IMG/VR virus record: IMGVR_UViG_3300045988_157167
Coordinates: 11,551 to 75,550 of that record
Reading direction: 5' to 3' (one strand)
DNA from: a virus
DNA length: 64,000 nucleotides
Part shown: positions 10,436 to 18,888 of the stretch, piece by piece
Position numbering within the stretch: the stretch's first letter is position 1
Layout of the letters: each line of letters starts with the position of its first letter
Notes under the pieces: model-generated
The model's input: the letters and a program-made list of their open reading frames with translations, nothing else
Databases searched by the model: none
Told to the model about the DNA's origin: nothing
Translations under genes and position numbers: made by a program

Positions 10436-10627
10436 CTACTTGCTTTTTGCTTTATCCTTAGCGAAACTTTTATATATGAAAGTATAATAATTTTCATCAT
10501 CTTCAGATAAATAATAAGTAGCACCATTTAATTTTAGTTTCTTTAAAGGTTTCTGTTTTGGTCTTTTTATTACTTTAACTTCTATAGCATCACAAGGTAA
10601 TGATACAAAATCAAATAATTTTTTCAT
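10436..10627 (-). CDS. Hypothetical protein
   Basis: ORF track. A stop-free -1 frame continues a further ~55 codons (see findings). Confidence 0.45.
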   Translation of the reverse strand: MKKLFDFVSLPCDAIEVKVIKRPKQKPLKKLKLNGATYYLSEDDENYYTFIYKSFAKDKAKSK

Positions 10628-10733
10628 TTAATCATTCTTTATGTAATTTCTATTTATTTCCAAAGATATAAACTATCAAGGGACTTTTTACAAGTACCTT
10701 AGAATTGATTTTAGAAGGTTGAATTATGTAAAC

Positions 10734-10886
10734 CTATCTTCTATTTCTTTTCCATTTAGTCTTTTTACTTATTCCTTGCATTCTTCTTACATAATTGCTA
10801 AAACTTTCTGACATCCAATCAAACGGAATCATGTAATTCACCTCCCCTGCTTTAGATAGTCCTAATAATTGTTTTATATCAAACAT
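10734..10886 (-). CDS. Small basic hypothetical protein (50 aa; alternative start at 10832 behind RBS ggggaggtg)
   Basis: Read by eye: MFDIKQLLGLSKAGEVNYMIPFDWMSESFSNYVRRMQGISKKTKWKRNRR. Start is coupled to the upstream stop. Confidence 0.4.
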   Translation of the reverse strand: MFDIKQLLGLSKAGEVNYMIPFDWMSESFSNYVRRMQGISKKTKWKRNRR

Positions 10887-10887
10887 A

Positions 10888-11376
10888 CTATTCCTTCTTT
10901 CTTTCTATCAATTCTGCTCTTTTTATATTCAATCTTACTACATAAACAATACTAAGTATTGATAGAACAATACTTGCTATCCAGTCTATAGCATTTGATA
11001 GATGTATATGAAGTATTGCTAATACTATTGAAAATATTGTGTATGCTAGAGCGTATACTCCTACAAAGGCATATATGCCTAAAAGGAAATCATAATCTTC
11101 TTTTCCATACTTATTTTGCTCAACTTTGTAATTCTCCCATTTCTTATAAGCATCTATGTACATTTCTTTTTTATCTCCATTGTATGTACATTCATAATAC
11201 ATTCCGTCAAATAAAGTTGTACTTAATAATGCTTTGTTATTTTGTAAAACTTTAGCACACCAAACCATAAACACGTCATCTTTTGTTATTTGCTTGTTAT
11301 CTGATTTATCTAAATGATTATTCGTATATTTTACAACTTCATCTTTACACCAATCTAAAAACTCTTGTTCGTTCAT
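10888..11376 (-). CDS. Hypothetical protein with C-terminal TM helices
   Basis: ORF track. Hydrophobic C-terminal third. Confidence 0.55.
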   Translation of the reverse strand: MNEQEFLDWCKDEVVKYTNNHLDKSDNKQITKDDVFMVWCAKVLQNNKALLSTTLFDGMYYECTYNGDKKEMYIDAYKKWENYKVEQNKYGKEDYDFLLGIYAFVGVYALAYTIFSIVLAILHIHLSNAIDWIASIVLSILSIVYVVRLNIKRAELIERKKE

Positions 11377-11385
11377 AATTTCCTC

Positions 11386-11631
11386 CTATAATTCTATATT
11401 TTCTATTTTTGCTCTTTCTTCTAATACATTTCTGTATGCTTCCATATATACTAATTGAGTGTGTAATATTTCATATGAGCAGTTAGGAGTAAAATTAAGA
11501 GTTCCATTTTTATATCCTTCTAGCATTCTTTGCAATCCAGCTATTCTATTATCTAGTTGATAATATTCAGCTTTAAATCTATCTTTAAAATCTGTTCCTA
11601 ACATTAAATCTACTGTATCTTGTAATTTCAT
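11386..11631 (-). CDS. Hypothetical protein
   Basis: ORF track; good RBS. Confidence 0.55.
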   Translation of the reverse strand: MKLQDTVDLMLGTDFKDRFKAEYYQLDNRIAGLQRMLEGYKNGTLNFTPNCSYEILHTQLVYMEAYRNVLEERAKIENIEL

Positions 11632-11644
11632 TTATTTACTCTCC

Positions 11645-12415
11645 TTATCCTTCTAAGTATTTTACAAACTCTTTGCCATTTGTACAAAACTGTGCTATCA
11701 TTGCTTTCATTAAGCCATATGACATTCCAGAATGACCTTGACTATCTAATTCATTACTAGCTCTTTTAAAACTATCCTCTGTTTTTGTTTGTAATATTTC
11801 TTCTATGTCTAATGTGCAATCCAATTCCATTCCTTCATAGAGGTCTTTGGCTCTTATTGGAACAATTTCATCCCAGTACTCCCACTTGTCTTCAGGAAGT
11901 ATTTCATGTCCTCTTTTAACCCAATTAGAAATTCCTTCGACTCCTCTTATTTTTTTTGTTCCAACTTTATTTAAATAACTTGCAACTTCTTCTAGTGATT
12001 TAAAATATTTCCCACCATTTCTTTCTACCATAACACCAACTTTGTCTAAAGATTTCATTTGCCCTTCATCAAATTGTTTTTCTGTTTCATCATGTCCTAT
12101 AAAAAATTTATTTTCTTCTCCATTCCATCTAAGATCAGGTATGTAATCTATATCTGATTTTAGCACACAGAATAAAGTTTTATTAGGTCTTTTATTACTA
12201 TCATCTATTACTTCTGCTATACTATACACTCCTGTCATTAATGGAGTTATAACATATAAGCAATAATCACATATTTCTCTTTGTTTTAATTCTTCCTGAT
12301 AGCATTCTTCCGTCCAATCATCTACTACTGGATTAAAATAATCTATATTAAGCATCGGAATTAATTTATCTCTCCATTTACTGTTATTACAAGTCCCACC
12401 TAAAAATACTTTCAT
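11645..12415 (-). CDS. Nucleoside 2-deoxyribosyltransferase-like domain protein with extra C-terminal domain
   Basis: N-terminus MKVFLGGTCNNSKWRDKLIPML..YFNPVVDDW..CDYCLYVITPLMTGVYSIAEV resembles the Nuc_deoxyri_tr2-type fold. Confidence 0.5.
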   Translation of the reverse strand: MKVFLGGTCNNSKWRDKLIPMLNIDYFNPVVDDWTEECYQEELKQREICDYCLYVITPLMTGVYSIAEVIDDSNKRPNKTLFCVLKSDIDYIPDLRWNGEENKFFIGHDETEKQFDEGQMKSLDKVGVMVERNGGKYFKSLEEVASYLNKVGTKKIRGVEGISNWVKRGHEILPEDKWEYWDEIVPIRAKDLYEGMELDCTLDIEEILQTKTEDSFKRASNELDSQGHSGMSYGLMKAMIAQFCTNGKEFVKYLEG

Positions 12416-12428
12416 TATTTTCCTCCTA

Positions 12429-13184
12429 TCATCTTATAACTATAAAATAACATTTACAGAAGTTATGCTGTGGTATTAAATCATAAGCTTCTTCAGCGGT
12501 TAAAATAGTACCATGCATACTTTCACAATCACTGCATGTTCTTTCTTCTAAAACTGAACAATACATAAATTTTTTATCTCTATTACAATAAATAAAGATA
12601 TCATTTGCTATTCTACTAAGCTCAGATATCAATATTCCTCTTGCTCTTTTTCTACTCATCTTTTGTCTTTGTGTTAGCCATGATGCAATATTATATAAAT
12701 TCTTCTTATTATAAGCTATTTTCAATCTTTTTTTAGTTCGATTGTTTATTTTAGCCATATTGCTTTGTATTCTTTGCTTATACGTTTTACTTTTGTATTT
12801 TCTATTTAATATTTTCTGTTTTTCTTCATTGTCTACAAAATATCCAAAATACTCTACAATTTCTTCAAACATTTCATCAAAGAAGTTATCTATTAAATCT
12901 TCAAGCCATTCATCTTCGTTATTAAGCATTGATAGAACTGCTATAACAATAAATCTTTCAGCACTTTCGTAATCTTTTGATGTTTTTTCTATTTGATAAG
13001 CAAAATTAGCAGTTTCCATCAACTCTCTAATCTGCTTATCTGTTTTATTCATCTTTTTAAGATATTTTTCAAGTTCCTGTTCGGCCTGATTATATGCTTT
13101 TTCCATGAAACTTTTAGTTTCTTCAGCACTTCTATTCTTCGATGTTTGCTTCTGTGTGTTGGTGTTTGTCGCCATACAATTCAC
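12429..13184 (-). CDS. Head morphogenesis protein, SPP1 gp7 / Mu F-like
   Basis: Position after the portal gene. C-terminal CSDCESMHGTILTAEEAYDLIPQHNFCKCY motif. Confidence 0.65.
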   Translation of the reverse strand: MNCMATNTNTQKQTSKNRSAEETKSFMEKAYNQAEQELEKYLKKMNKTDKQIRELMETANFAYQIEKTSKDYESAERFIVIAVLSMLNNEDEWLEDLIDNFFDEMFEEIVEYFGYFVDNEEKQKILNRKYKSKTYKQRIQSNMAKINNRTKKRLKIAYNKKNLYNIASWLTQRQKMSRKRARGILISELSRIANDIFIYCNRDKKFMYCSVLEERTCSDCESMHGTILTAEEAYDLIPQHNFCKCYFIVIR

Positions 13185-14544
13185 CTAAACTTTCATCTTC
13201 CCTCTTCATTTCTTCTTCATATTCTCTTGCAATTTGTCTTTGTTCAGCATCTAAATCTACTATAAATCCAAATCTACTTGATGCTGTTCTCTTGGAAATA
13301 ACTCCAGGAGGAACTTGACTAAGCATTTGAGCTGTAGCTAAATCATCTTGAGGGATATTTGCAGTATAAATAATTTTTATTTTTTTCCAATCAAAATTCT
13401 TTGCTTTGAAGTAATTTATATAATTGCACCAAAATTTCAATCTATTTGTAACTATATTTGAGTGAGCATTTATTTGAAGTGCACATTTATTTTCCAGTGC
13501 TATTAATCTACTTCTAAGTGTAATTCCGCTTAAATTTGATTGTAATCTTTCGTTGTGATTTATATGACAACTTATTTGATACATATCATCTTTATATCTG
13601 TCTAGCGTATTTTGTACAAAAGTATCGTTAATTTGCTTAATTAACCATTGAATTTTACCTTCTTTACCTACCATTAAGATGCCTTTTTTCTTCATTTCTA
13701 AAATTGGATCTATTTTCATTTCTTTTCCGGTTTCTTCATCAACAACTATTTTTTCTTCTTCAAATTCACAATCTGTCATAACCATATATGCGTTTCTAAA
13801 GTCTGAAATTTCATTTCCTAAATCAGATAAATTAGTTTCATAAGCATCTTGTAAACCTTTTAAGTCTTTATATAAACTATCTTCTGTTAGTTCTTCAGTT
13901 AATTTTCCTACTGAAACAGGTATTGTACCAAATCTATGGTTTGTTGGAGGTTCAACTTGATTAAACTCTCTATCTAAATGATAAATACATTTTTTTGTAT
14001 AAACATCTATATGATAAACATCTACATCTAAATGTTCTACTTTTACATCCATATAAAACAAAACATTGTCATATTCATCTTGATATGCATATCCTGTTAA
14101 AGGAGTTGAAATAACACTTTTAAAACCTTCTTCATCATATCGATAAAGTTCAAATACTTTTGTAAATATAACCATGTATTTCATTAAGTCACTATCATGA
14201 TTTTTATTCCATAAAGCCATAGTTGATGTTAATTCATCCAATAAACCTGGTTGTTCTTTACTTTCATAAGTAATAGGATTTCCTACAGTATAAGAGACCT
14301 CTTCCTTTACAAATTTTTTAAAAAAATTAGTATTTACTTTTAAATTCGACCTTTGTGTAATTGTTTTGTAATCGGCCATAGCATCTGTATTGCCTTTATA
14401 ATAGTCATACATTTTTTGATATTTATGTAAATCAGACTCAAAACATTGATACATATATCTGACAAAATTTAAATGATCAGGAATATTCAAATCTAAAGCC
14501 ATTCCTTTTTTTAGACCATCTACGATTTCTGCTACAGTCTGCAT
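13132..14544 (-). CDS. Portal protein
   Basis: 470-aa ORF immediately downstream of the terminase module with an acidic C-terminus. Confidence 0.7.
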   Translation of the reverse strand: MQTVAEIVDGLKKGMALDLNIPDHLNFVRYMYQCFESDLHKYQKMYDYYKGNTDAMADYKTITQRSNLKVNTNFFKKFVKEEVSYTVGNPITYESKEQPGLLDELTSTMALWNKNHDSDLMKYMVIFTKVFELYRYDEEGFKSVISTPLTGYAYQDEYDNVLFYMDVKVEHLDVDVYHIDVYTKKCIYHLDREFNQVEPPTNHRFGTIPVSVGKLTEELTEDSLYKDLKGLQDAYETNLSDLGNEISDFRNAYMVMTDCEFEEEKIVVDEETGKEMKIDPILEMKKKGILMVGKEGKIQWLIKQINDTFVQNTLDRYKDDMYQISCHINHNERLQSNLSGITLRSRLIALENKCALQINAHSNIVTNRLKFWCNYINYFKAKNFDWKKIKIIYTANIPQDDLATAQMLSQVPPGVISKRTASSRFGFIVDLDAEQRQIAREYEEEMKREDESLGELYGDKHQHTEANIEE

Positions 14545-14981
14545 TATTTTCGGCCTCCTTTTTTATTTATATAATTATTTTTAGTTTTACTTTTTTTAAC
14601 TTTTATTAAATCTTCAATAAATTTTATGTATTTTTCATCATTTGAAACTCTTGCATGACTTTTAAGTATATATAAATTATTCGTTTTAGGTTTTCTTTTG
14701 TAAATTACATTTTTTATTACTATTTCTGCAATAGTTCTAGAATTTAAATGAGAATGACCATTTTCCCATTCTTTTTTCGTATTATATACAATAAATCCAA
14801 TTTTTTTATTACTTTTAACTTTCAGTATAATAAATTCTTTATTTTGGTATATTTTTTCCGACTCGGTATAATTTGTTTTATTCCAGTTCGGTTTTTCTTT
14901 CATTAAACTTTCAGATTCCCATAATTCTTTAGGAACATCATAAACACTTATAACTTCATCGATAGGCTTATATTTTTTCAT
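14544..14981 (-). CDS. Hypothetical basic protein between terL and portal
   Basis: ORF track; start and stop are coupled to neighbours. Confidence 0.5.
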   Translation of the reverse strand: MKKYKPIDEVISVYDVPKELWESESLMKEKPNWNKTNYTESEKIYQNKEFIILKVKSNKKIGFIVYNTKKEWENGHSHLNSRTIAEIVIKNVIYKRKPKTNNLYILKSHARVSNDEKYIKFIEDLIKVKKSKTKNNYINKKGGRK

Positions 14982-16733
14982 TTACACACCCAATCTCCTT
15001 CTATCCATGAACCTAATTATATTTTTTGTTTTTATTTTTAGTATTTTATTTGCAAAATCAGAAACAACATCTGCAGCATCATCATGTAGTGTATATGCTG
15101 TTCCTTGAAAGTCTAATATCTGATCTGTAAATGCTTTATTATTATCTGCAAATATTATTTGGCCATTATTAACTGGATCTTGTATAGTTGCAATACGATT
15201 ATCTTTATTTTTATTATTCATATCATTAATAAATATTAAATTTCTTTTCTTTAGTTCAGGTATCTTTTCAATCATTTGTTGTATAGTAGTTACATCTGAA
15301 CCTAAGTAGGTATTTCTTTCTATAGATATATGAGTTATATCTGTAAATTCTAATAAAATATCAATAATTGTATTACAATACTCTGTGAAACTCATTTTTT
15401 CAAGTACCATTCTTCTGATATATTTAAAGTCATTTTCTCCTAATGAACCTACTATCATTGCAAATGAGTCAGTTTTCTTTTTCTTATTAGAAGAATTATC
15501 TCCCGCTGGGTCAACACAAAGCATTGTTTTTAAAAAAATATGGTCCTCTATTTCCTCTACTGATTGAGTTCTTATAGATTTAAACCATTTTTCACCTATA
15601 CTACTAGCATCATTCATTTTTTCTGACATAAATGATTTTCTATTACTCCAGTATTTAACTGCTATATCTATAAAAAAATCCCATTTTTCTTCCCATAAAA
15701 CAGGATATTTCATTTCTTCTTTATGTTTTTCATAAAATTTTCTAGCTTGTATTTGAGGATCTTCTATTTTATCGTCAAAATAAATCTTTTTACATTTAAT
15801 CCATAAATCACTTTCAAATATATCATCTATTGTTTGGCCATCTTCTAATAAAACAGCTCTATTCATAATAGTATGATAATCTCTATTTCTGCTAAGTTTA
15901 CTTATTAAGCAATCAATATGTAAAACAGTTCCTATACTTACAAACTTAGTTGCTGATTTAACTTTTTTACCTTTTCTAAATACTGCAGTATCTCCAACTT
16001 CCTCTACTTCTTTACACCATCTATTCCATTTCTTTTCTCTAGCATCTTCAGTTATAACATCAACTTCGGATTGATAGTCATCGGCAATAACCACCGTAGG
16101 TCTTACACCTCCCCAGTTAGCACCACGGACAGAAGTAGTTGAACCTACTGCTCTTATATATGTATCATTGGTAAACTCAATTTCGCCTGAATTAACCTTG
16201 TAATAATCTTTCGAATTAGGCTTTTTACCTTTTAAATCTATTAAGTTTCCAAATACATCTTTTATAAGCTCATTTTCCAGGAATTCTTTTTTTATAGAAT
16301 TTAAGAATTGCTCGGCATCATCTGCAGTTTTAGCACCTAATAGAGTAAACTTTGATTTTTTATAGCAATGTAACCATATTGCAAGTGTTTTATCGCATAT
16401 AGTTGACTTAGCAAGTCCTCTAGGTTCTACTATATTAAGTTTATCGTATAAATCCTGTACAAAGGCCTCCGAGAGAACTCTCCATATTTTATAATGTTCT
16501 TCACATAATTCCCTTGCACTGTTGTCATCACTTGGCACGAAAGTTGTTCTAAGAAAATATAAACTAAAAAAAGTTATATCCTTTTCTCCAATTACCTTTG
16601 CAACTTCATTAGGAAGATATTTTTTTCTGATATTATTTTGATTTTTAGGAAAATATTTCTTTAAATACTTATCAATCAAGTATATAGAGTATTTATTATC
16701 ATCAGCAAACTCTATATCATCAAAATAAATCAT
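14982..16733 (-). CDS. terL: Terminase large subunit
   Basis: 583 aa. Walker A-like EPRGLAKST, a DD acidic motif (VVIADDYQ), and nuclease-half acidic residues. Confidence 0.8.
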   Translation of the reverse strand: MIYFDDIEFADDNKYSIYLIDKYLKKYFPKNQNNIRKKYLPNEVAKVIGEKDITFFSLYFLRTTFVPSDDNSARELCEEHYKIWRVLSEAFVQDLYDKLNIVEPRGLAKSTICDKTLAIWLHCYKKSKFTLLGAKTADDAEQFLNSIKKEFLENELIKDVFGNLIDLKGKKPNSKDYYKVNSGEIEFTNDTYIRAVGSTTSVRGANWGGVRPTVVIADDYQSEVDVITEDAREKKWNRWCKEVEEVGDTAVFRKGKKVKSATKFVSIGTVLHIDCLISKLSRNRDYHTIMNRAVLLEDGQTIDDIFESDLWIKCKKIYFDDKIEDPQIQARKFYEKHKEEMKYPVLWEEKWDFFIDIAVKYWSNRKSFMSEKMNDASSIGEKWFKSIRTQSVEEIEDHIFLKTMLCVDPAGDNSSNKKKKTDSFAMIVGSLGENDFKYIRRMVLEKMSFTEYCNTIIDILLEFTDITHISIERNTYLGSDVTTIQQMIEKIPELKKRNLIFINDMNNKNKDNRIATIQDPVNNGQIIFADNNKAFTDQILDFQGTAYTLHDDAADVVSDFANKILKIKTKNIIRFMDRRRLGV

Positions 16734-16762
16734 CTAATCACTCCCTTCTGAATTTATTTACA

Positions 16763-16795
16763 TAAAAAAAGAGCAGCCAATTAATAACTACTCTT
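16763..16795 (-). terminator. Weak terminator-like hairpin; shares about 30 nt with the hairpin at 63382-63413
   Basis: Stem aagag/ctctt with a long loop and a T-run on the minus strand. Confidence 0.35.
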
Positions 16796-17048
16796 TTGTA
16801 TTTTTCTTTTTAACATATTTTTTCTTCTTTGATTTATTTTTCTTCTTAGGAAAAGTCTTTTCTAGTTTGCTTTTAGTCATTGCTCTACCATTTAGGTAAC
16901 AAATAACTTCTTCTTTTTCTTGCTTACTCTTTTTAACGATATTGTGAGACGTTTTTCCATTGATAAATTTATTCATAACCCCAAAATTTCTAGAGTTTTT
17001 ATCTTTTTCAACATTTAAATAAGCTAATTCATATAATTTCATAGACAT
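16788..17048 (-). CDS. Small lysine-rich protein (ORF track start at 17144 rejected; start at 17048 behind RBS agggag)
   Basis: The tracked N-terminal 32 codons overlap tRNA-Arg. The internal Met has a proper RBS. Confidence 0.5.
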   Translation of the reverse strand: MSMKLYELAYLNVEKDKNSRNFGVMNKFINGKTSHNIVKKSKQEKEEVICYLNGRAMTKSKLEKTFPKKKNKSKKKKYVKKKNTKE

Positions 17049-17065
17049 TCTCCCTTTAAATTTAA

Positions 17066-17143
17066 TGGCTGGCTTAGTGAGATTCGAACTCACAACAAAC
17101 CATGGTCCGTAGCCATGTGCTCTATCCGTTGAGCTATAAGCCA
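17066..17143 (-). tRNA. trnR: tRNA-Arg (anticodon ACG), CCA encoded
   Basis: Cloverleaf read by eye: acceptor TGGCTTA/TAAGCCA, D arm GCTC/GAGC, anticodon arm CATGG-CTACGGA-CCATG, T arm GTGAG-TTCGAAT-CTCAC. The variable loop is an unusual 7 nt. Confidence 0.75.
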
Positions 17144-17144
17144 A

Positions 17145-18017
17145 TATCTATTAGAAGGCTTGAGATTAGAGCCTTCTGTAGACACCTTTCACGGCATTAT
17201 TTATTCTCCGTTTATCCACGCACCTAATACGTATTGTCCATGACTGGTTGTAATTTTATAGTGCCACAAAACCCTAACACGAGGCACTCTACTATAGTAC
17301 TACTCAACACTTCGTATTCTGTCTGCCTTGCGAGCAACAAAGGTTTGCAAAACCACCATGCAACTTCATGTTAAACGATTCACCCTTGGGAGGTGTTACG
17401 CACTAGATTATATCATGCAATGATATTCTAGTATTAAGCCACTTTCATACTATAAGGGAACAGACTTTTCCTTTTATTGTTTTGTTATCATAGACAATTT
17501 ATCATCCAAAATTAATATTCTCTATGCCTGTATAAATCTGAATTAAATTTGACAGACGTTGTGCTGTTCTTGAAGATTCGTTTCCTTTTGAGACACGAAA
17601 TACTTCACAACATCAGTGTGTTTCATTGAATTCTTACTCCACGTTGTTAATACATACTCCAGCCCTTTCACTGTTTCACTATTAACAATGGTTAGTGCCC
17701 TTTGTTATCAGCATCGGACTATATAACCTCCTGATTATGTCTCGCTACATGACCAATTTGGCGTGAGGTAAATTATTCAGTGCCACCTGAAAATCTTCGA
17801 TATACGGTTCGCCTTTTCGAAGACTGTCCCTCTTGGGTTACGTAGTTATCTCCACTACTATCAATTCATGAAGACGTTGGACATTCAGTTCTGCTTAGAT
17901 GGACTAGTTTAACTAGCGGCATGTAGTCAGCATGCCTTTACACTGCTCACACAATGCTATCCTAAAGATACTAAGCTACCTAAAATAGATTTAGATTTAT
18001 TTTTTAAAACACATACA
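17145..18017 (-). ncRNA. Large (~870 nt) structured non-coding RNA candidate flanked by two tRNAs (GOLLD/ROOL-class guess)
   Basis: No ORF >=60 aa on either strand, and visibly higher G+C than coding DNA. Many local stems, e.g. 17153-17177, 17794-17823, 17918-17936. The minus strand is purine-rich. Confidence 0.55.
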
Positions 18018-18091
18018 TGGCTGGGCGTAATAGATTCGAACTATTATTCCAGGAATCAAAATCCTGTGTCCTACCTTTGAACGAACACCCA
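18018..18091 (-). tRNA. trnQ: tRNA-Gln (anticodon UUG), CCA encoded
   Basis: Acceptor TGGGTGT/ACGCCCA, anticodon arm CAGGA-TTTTGAT-TCCTG, T arm AATAG-TTCGAAT-CTATT; 74 nt. Confidence 0.85.
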
Positions 18092-18136
18092 ATATTTAAC
18101 TGATAATTATATTCTAATCTCCCAACAATATTTTTT

Positions 18137-18156
18137 CAATCGGAACATATTCCTAA
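18137..18156 (-). promoter_or_regulatory. Copy 1 of the 20-bp motif TTAGGAATATGTTCCGATTG, followed by N11-TTGGGA-N8-TATAAT (TATAAT at 18106-18111)
   Basis: Exact motif. The predicted transcription start is ~8 nt upstream of the tRNA-Gln 5' end. Confidence 0.6.
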
Positions 18157-18207
18157 TAAAAAAAGCCAGATTTCTCTGACTTTTAAAATGTATTATTATT
18201 TATTTTC

Positions 18208-18789
18208 TTATTGATATTCTTTCATTCTTCTAATTAGTGTAGCTTTGCTTATTCCTGTTACTTCTGTAACTTGCTTATAACTCATGCCACTTTGCTTTAG
18301 ATCAATGGCATGCTTAATTTGTTTATTTGAATACTTTTGCGGTCTACCTTCCGTAAAATCTTCTCTTTGTCTAGCTATTGCCTTGCCTTCTTTTGTTCTT
18401 TCAACTATCATGTCTCTTTCAAATTCGGCAAATCCAAGGAAGATAGTTCTTATTAGCTTTCCGTTAGGTGTATTATCCATTAAACCTAAGTTTACTATAT
18501 GAACCTTTATATCTTGTTCTAGTAATTTGTCTATTATGCTTAATCCATGTATTGTACTTCTAGCAAATCTGTCTAACTTAGTTACTACTAATGTATCTCC
18601 TGGTTTTAATTGTTTAAGAAGTTTATCAAAATTTTTGCGATCTTCTTGTTTCTTTGTTCCAGTATAAGAATCAACTACTATGTTTTCTTCTAAACACCCA
18701 TTTGCTAATAATATTTCTGTTTGACCTTCTAATGAGTTTCCATCTTTCTTTTGTGAGTAAGTACTAACTCTTGCATATCCATATTTCAT
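18208..18789 (-). CDS. Small serine recombinase (resolvase/invertase family)
   Basis: [13 protein letters not shown] catalytic Ser motif, [12 protein letters not shown], and a C-terminal HTH. Confidence 0.85.
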   Translation of the reverse strand: MKYGYARVSTYSQKKDGNSLEGQTEILLANGCLEENIVVDSYTGTKKQEDRKNFDKLLKQLKPGDTLVVTKLDRFARSTIHGLSIIDKLLEQDIKVHIVNLGLMDNTPNGKLIRTIFLGFAEFERDMIVERTKEGKAIARQREDFTEGRPQKYSNKQIKHAIDLKQSGMSYKQVTEVTGISKATLIRRMKEYQ

Positions 18790-18888
18790 ATTTACAACCC
18801 CCTATGATTATCTTTTATACTTATATTGTATCATAAGTCTTAAAAGTTGTAAACCTATTTATGGACTTTAAATATTTGTTTTTAACAT

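Noticed and set aside
16788-17144. The ORF-track 118-aa ORF with a TTG-type start at 17144.
   Set aside because: Its first 32 codons are the antisense-free overlap with tRNA-Arg (17066-17143). An internal ATG at 17048 has a proper RBS, so only 16788-17048 is kept.
17145-18017. A second ORF-less group II intron, or a group I intron.
   Set aside because: No domain V-like motif (AGC...GAAA...bulged hairpin) could be found on either strand. No coding exon is interrupted, since the block lies between two complete tRNAs.
18137-18156. Short peptides starting at the ATG inside the 20-bp motif (MFRL...).
   Set aside because: The AGGA lies only 2 nt before the ATG, which is too close for an RBS. The reading frames are 4-26 codons long and not conserved beyond what the shared promoter DNA explains.
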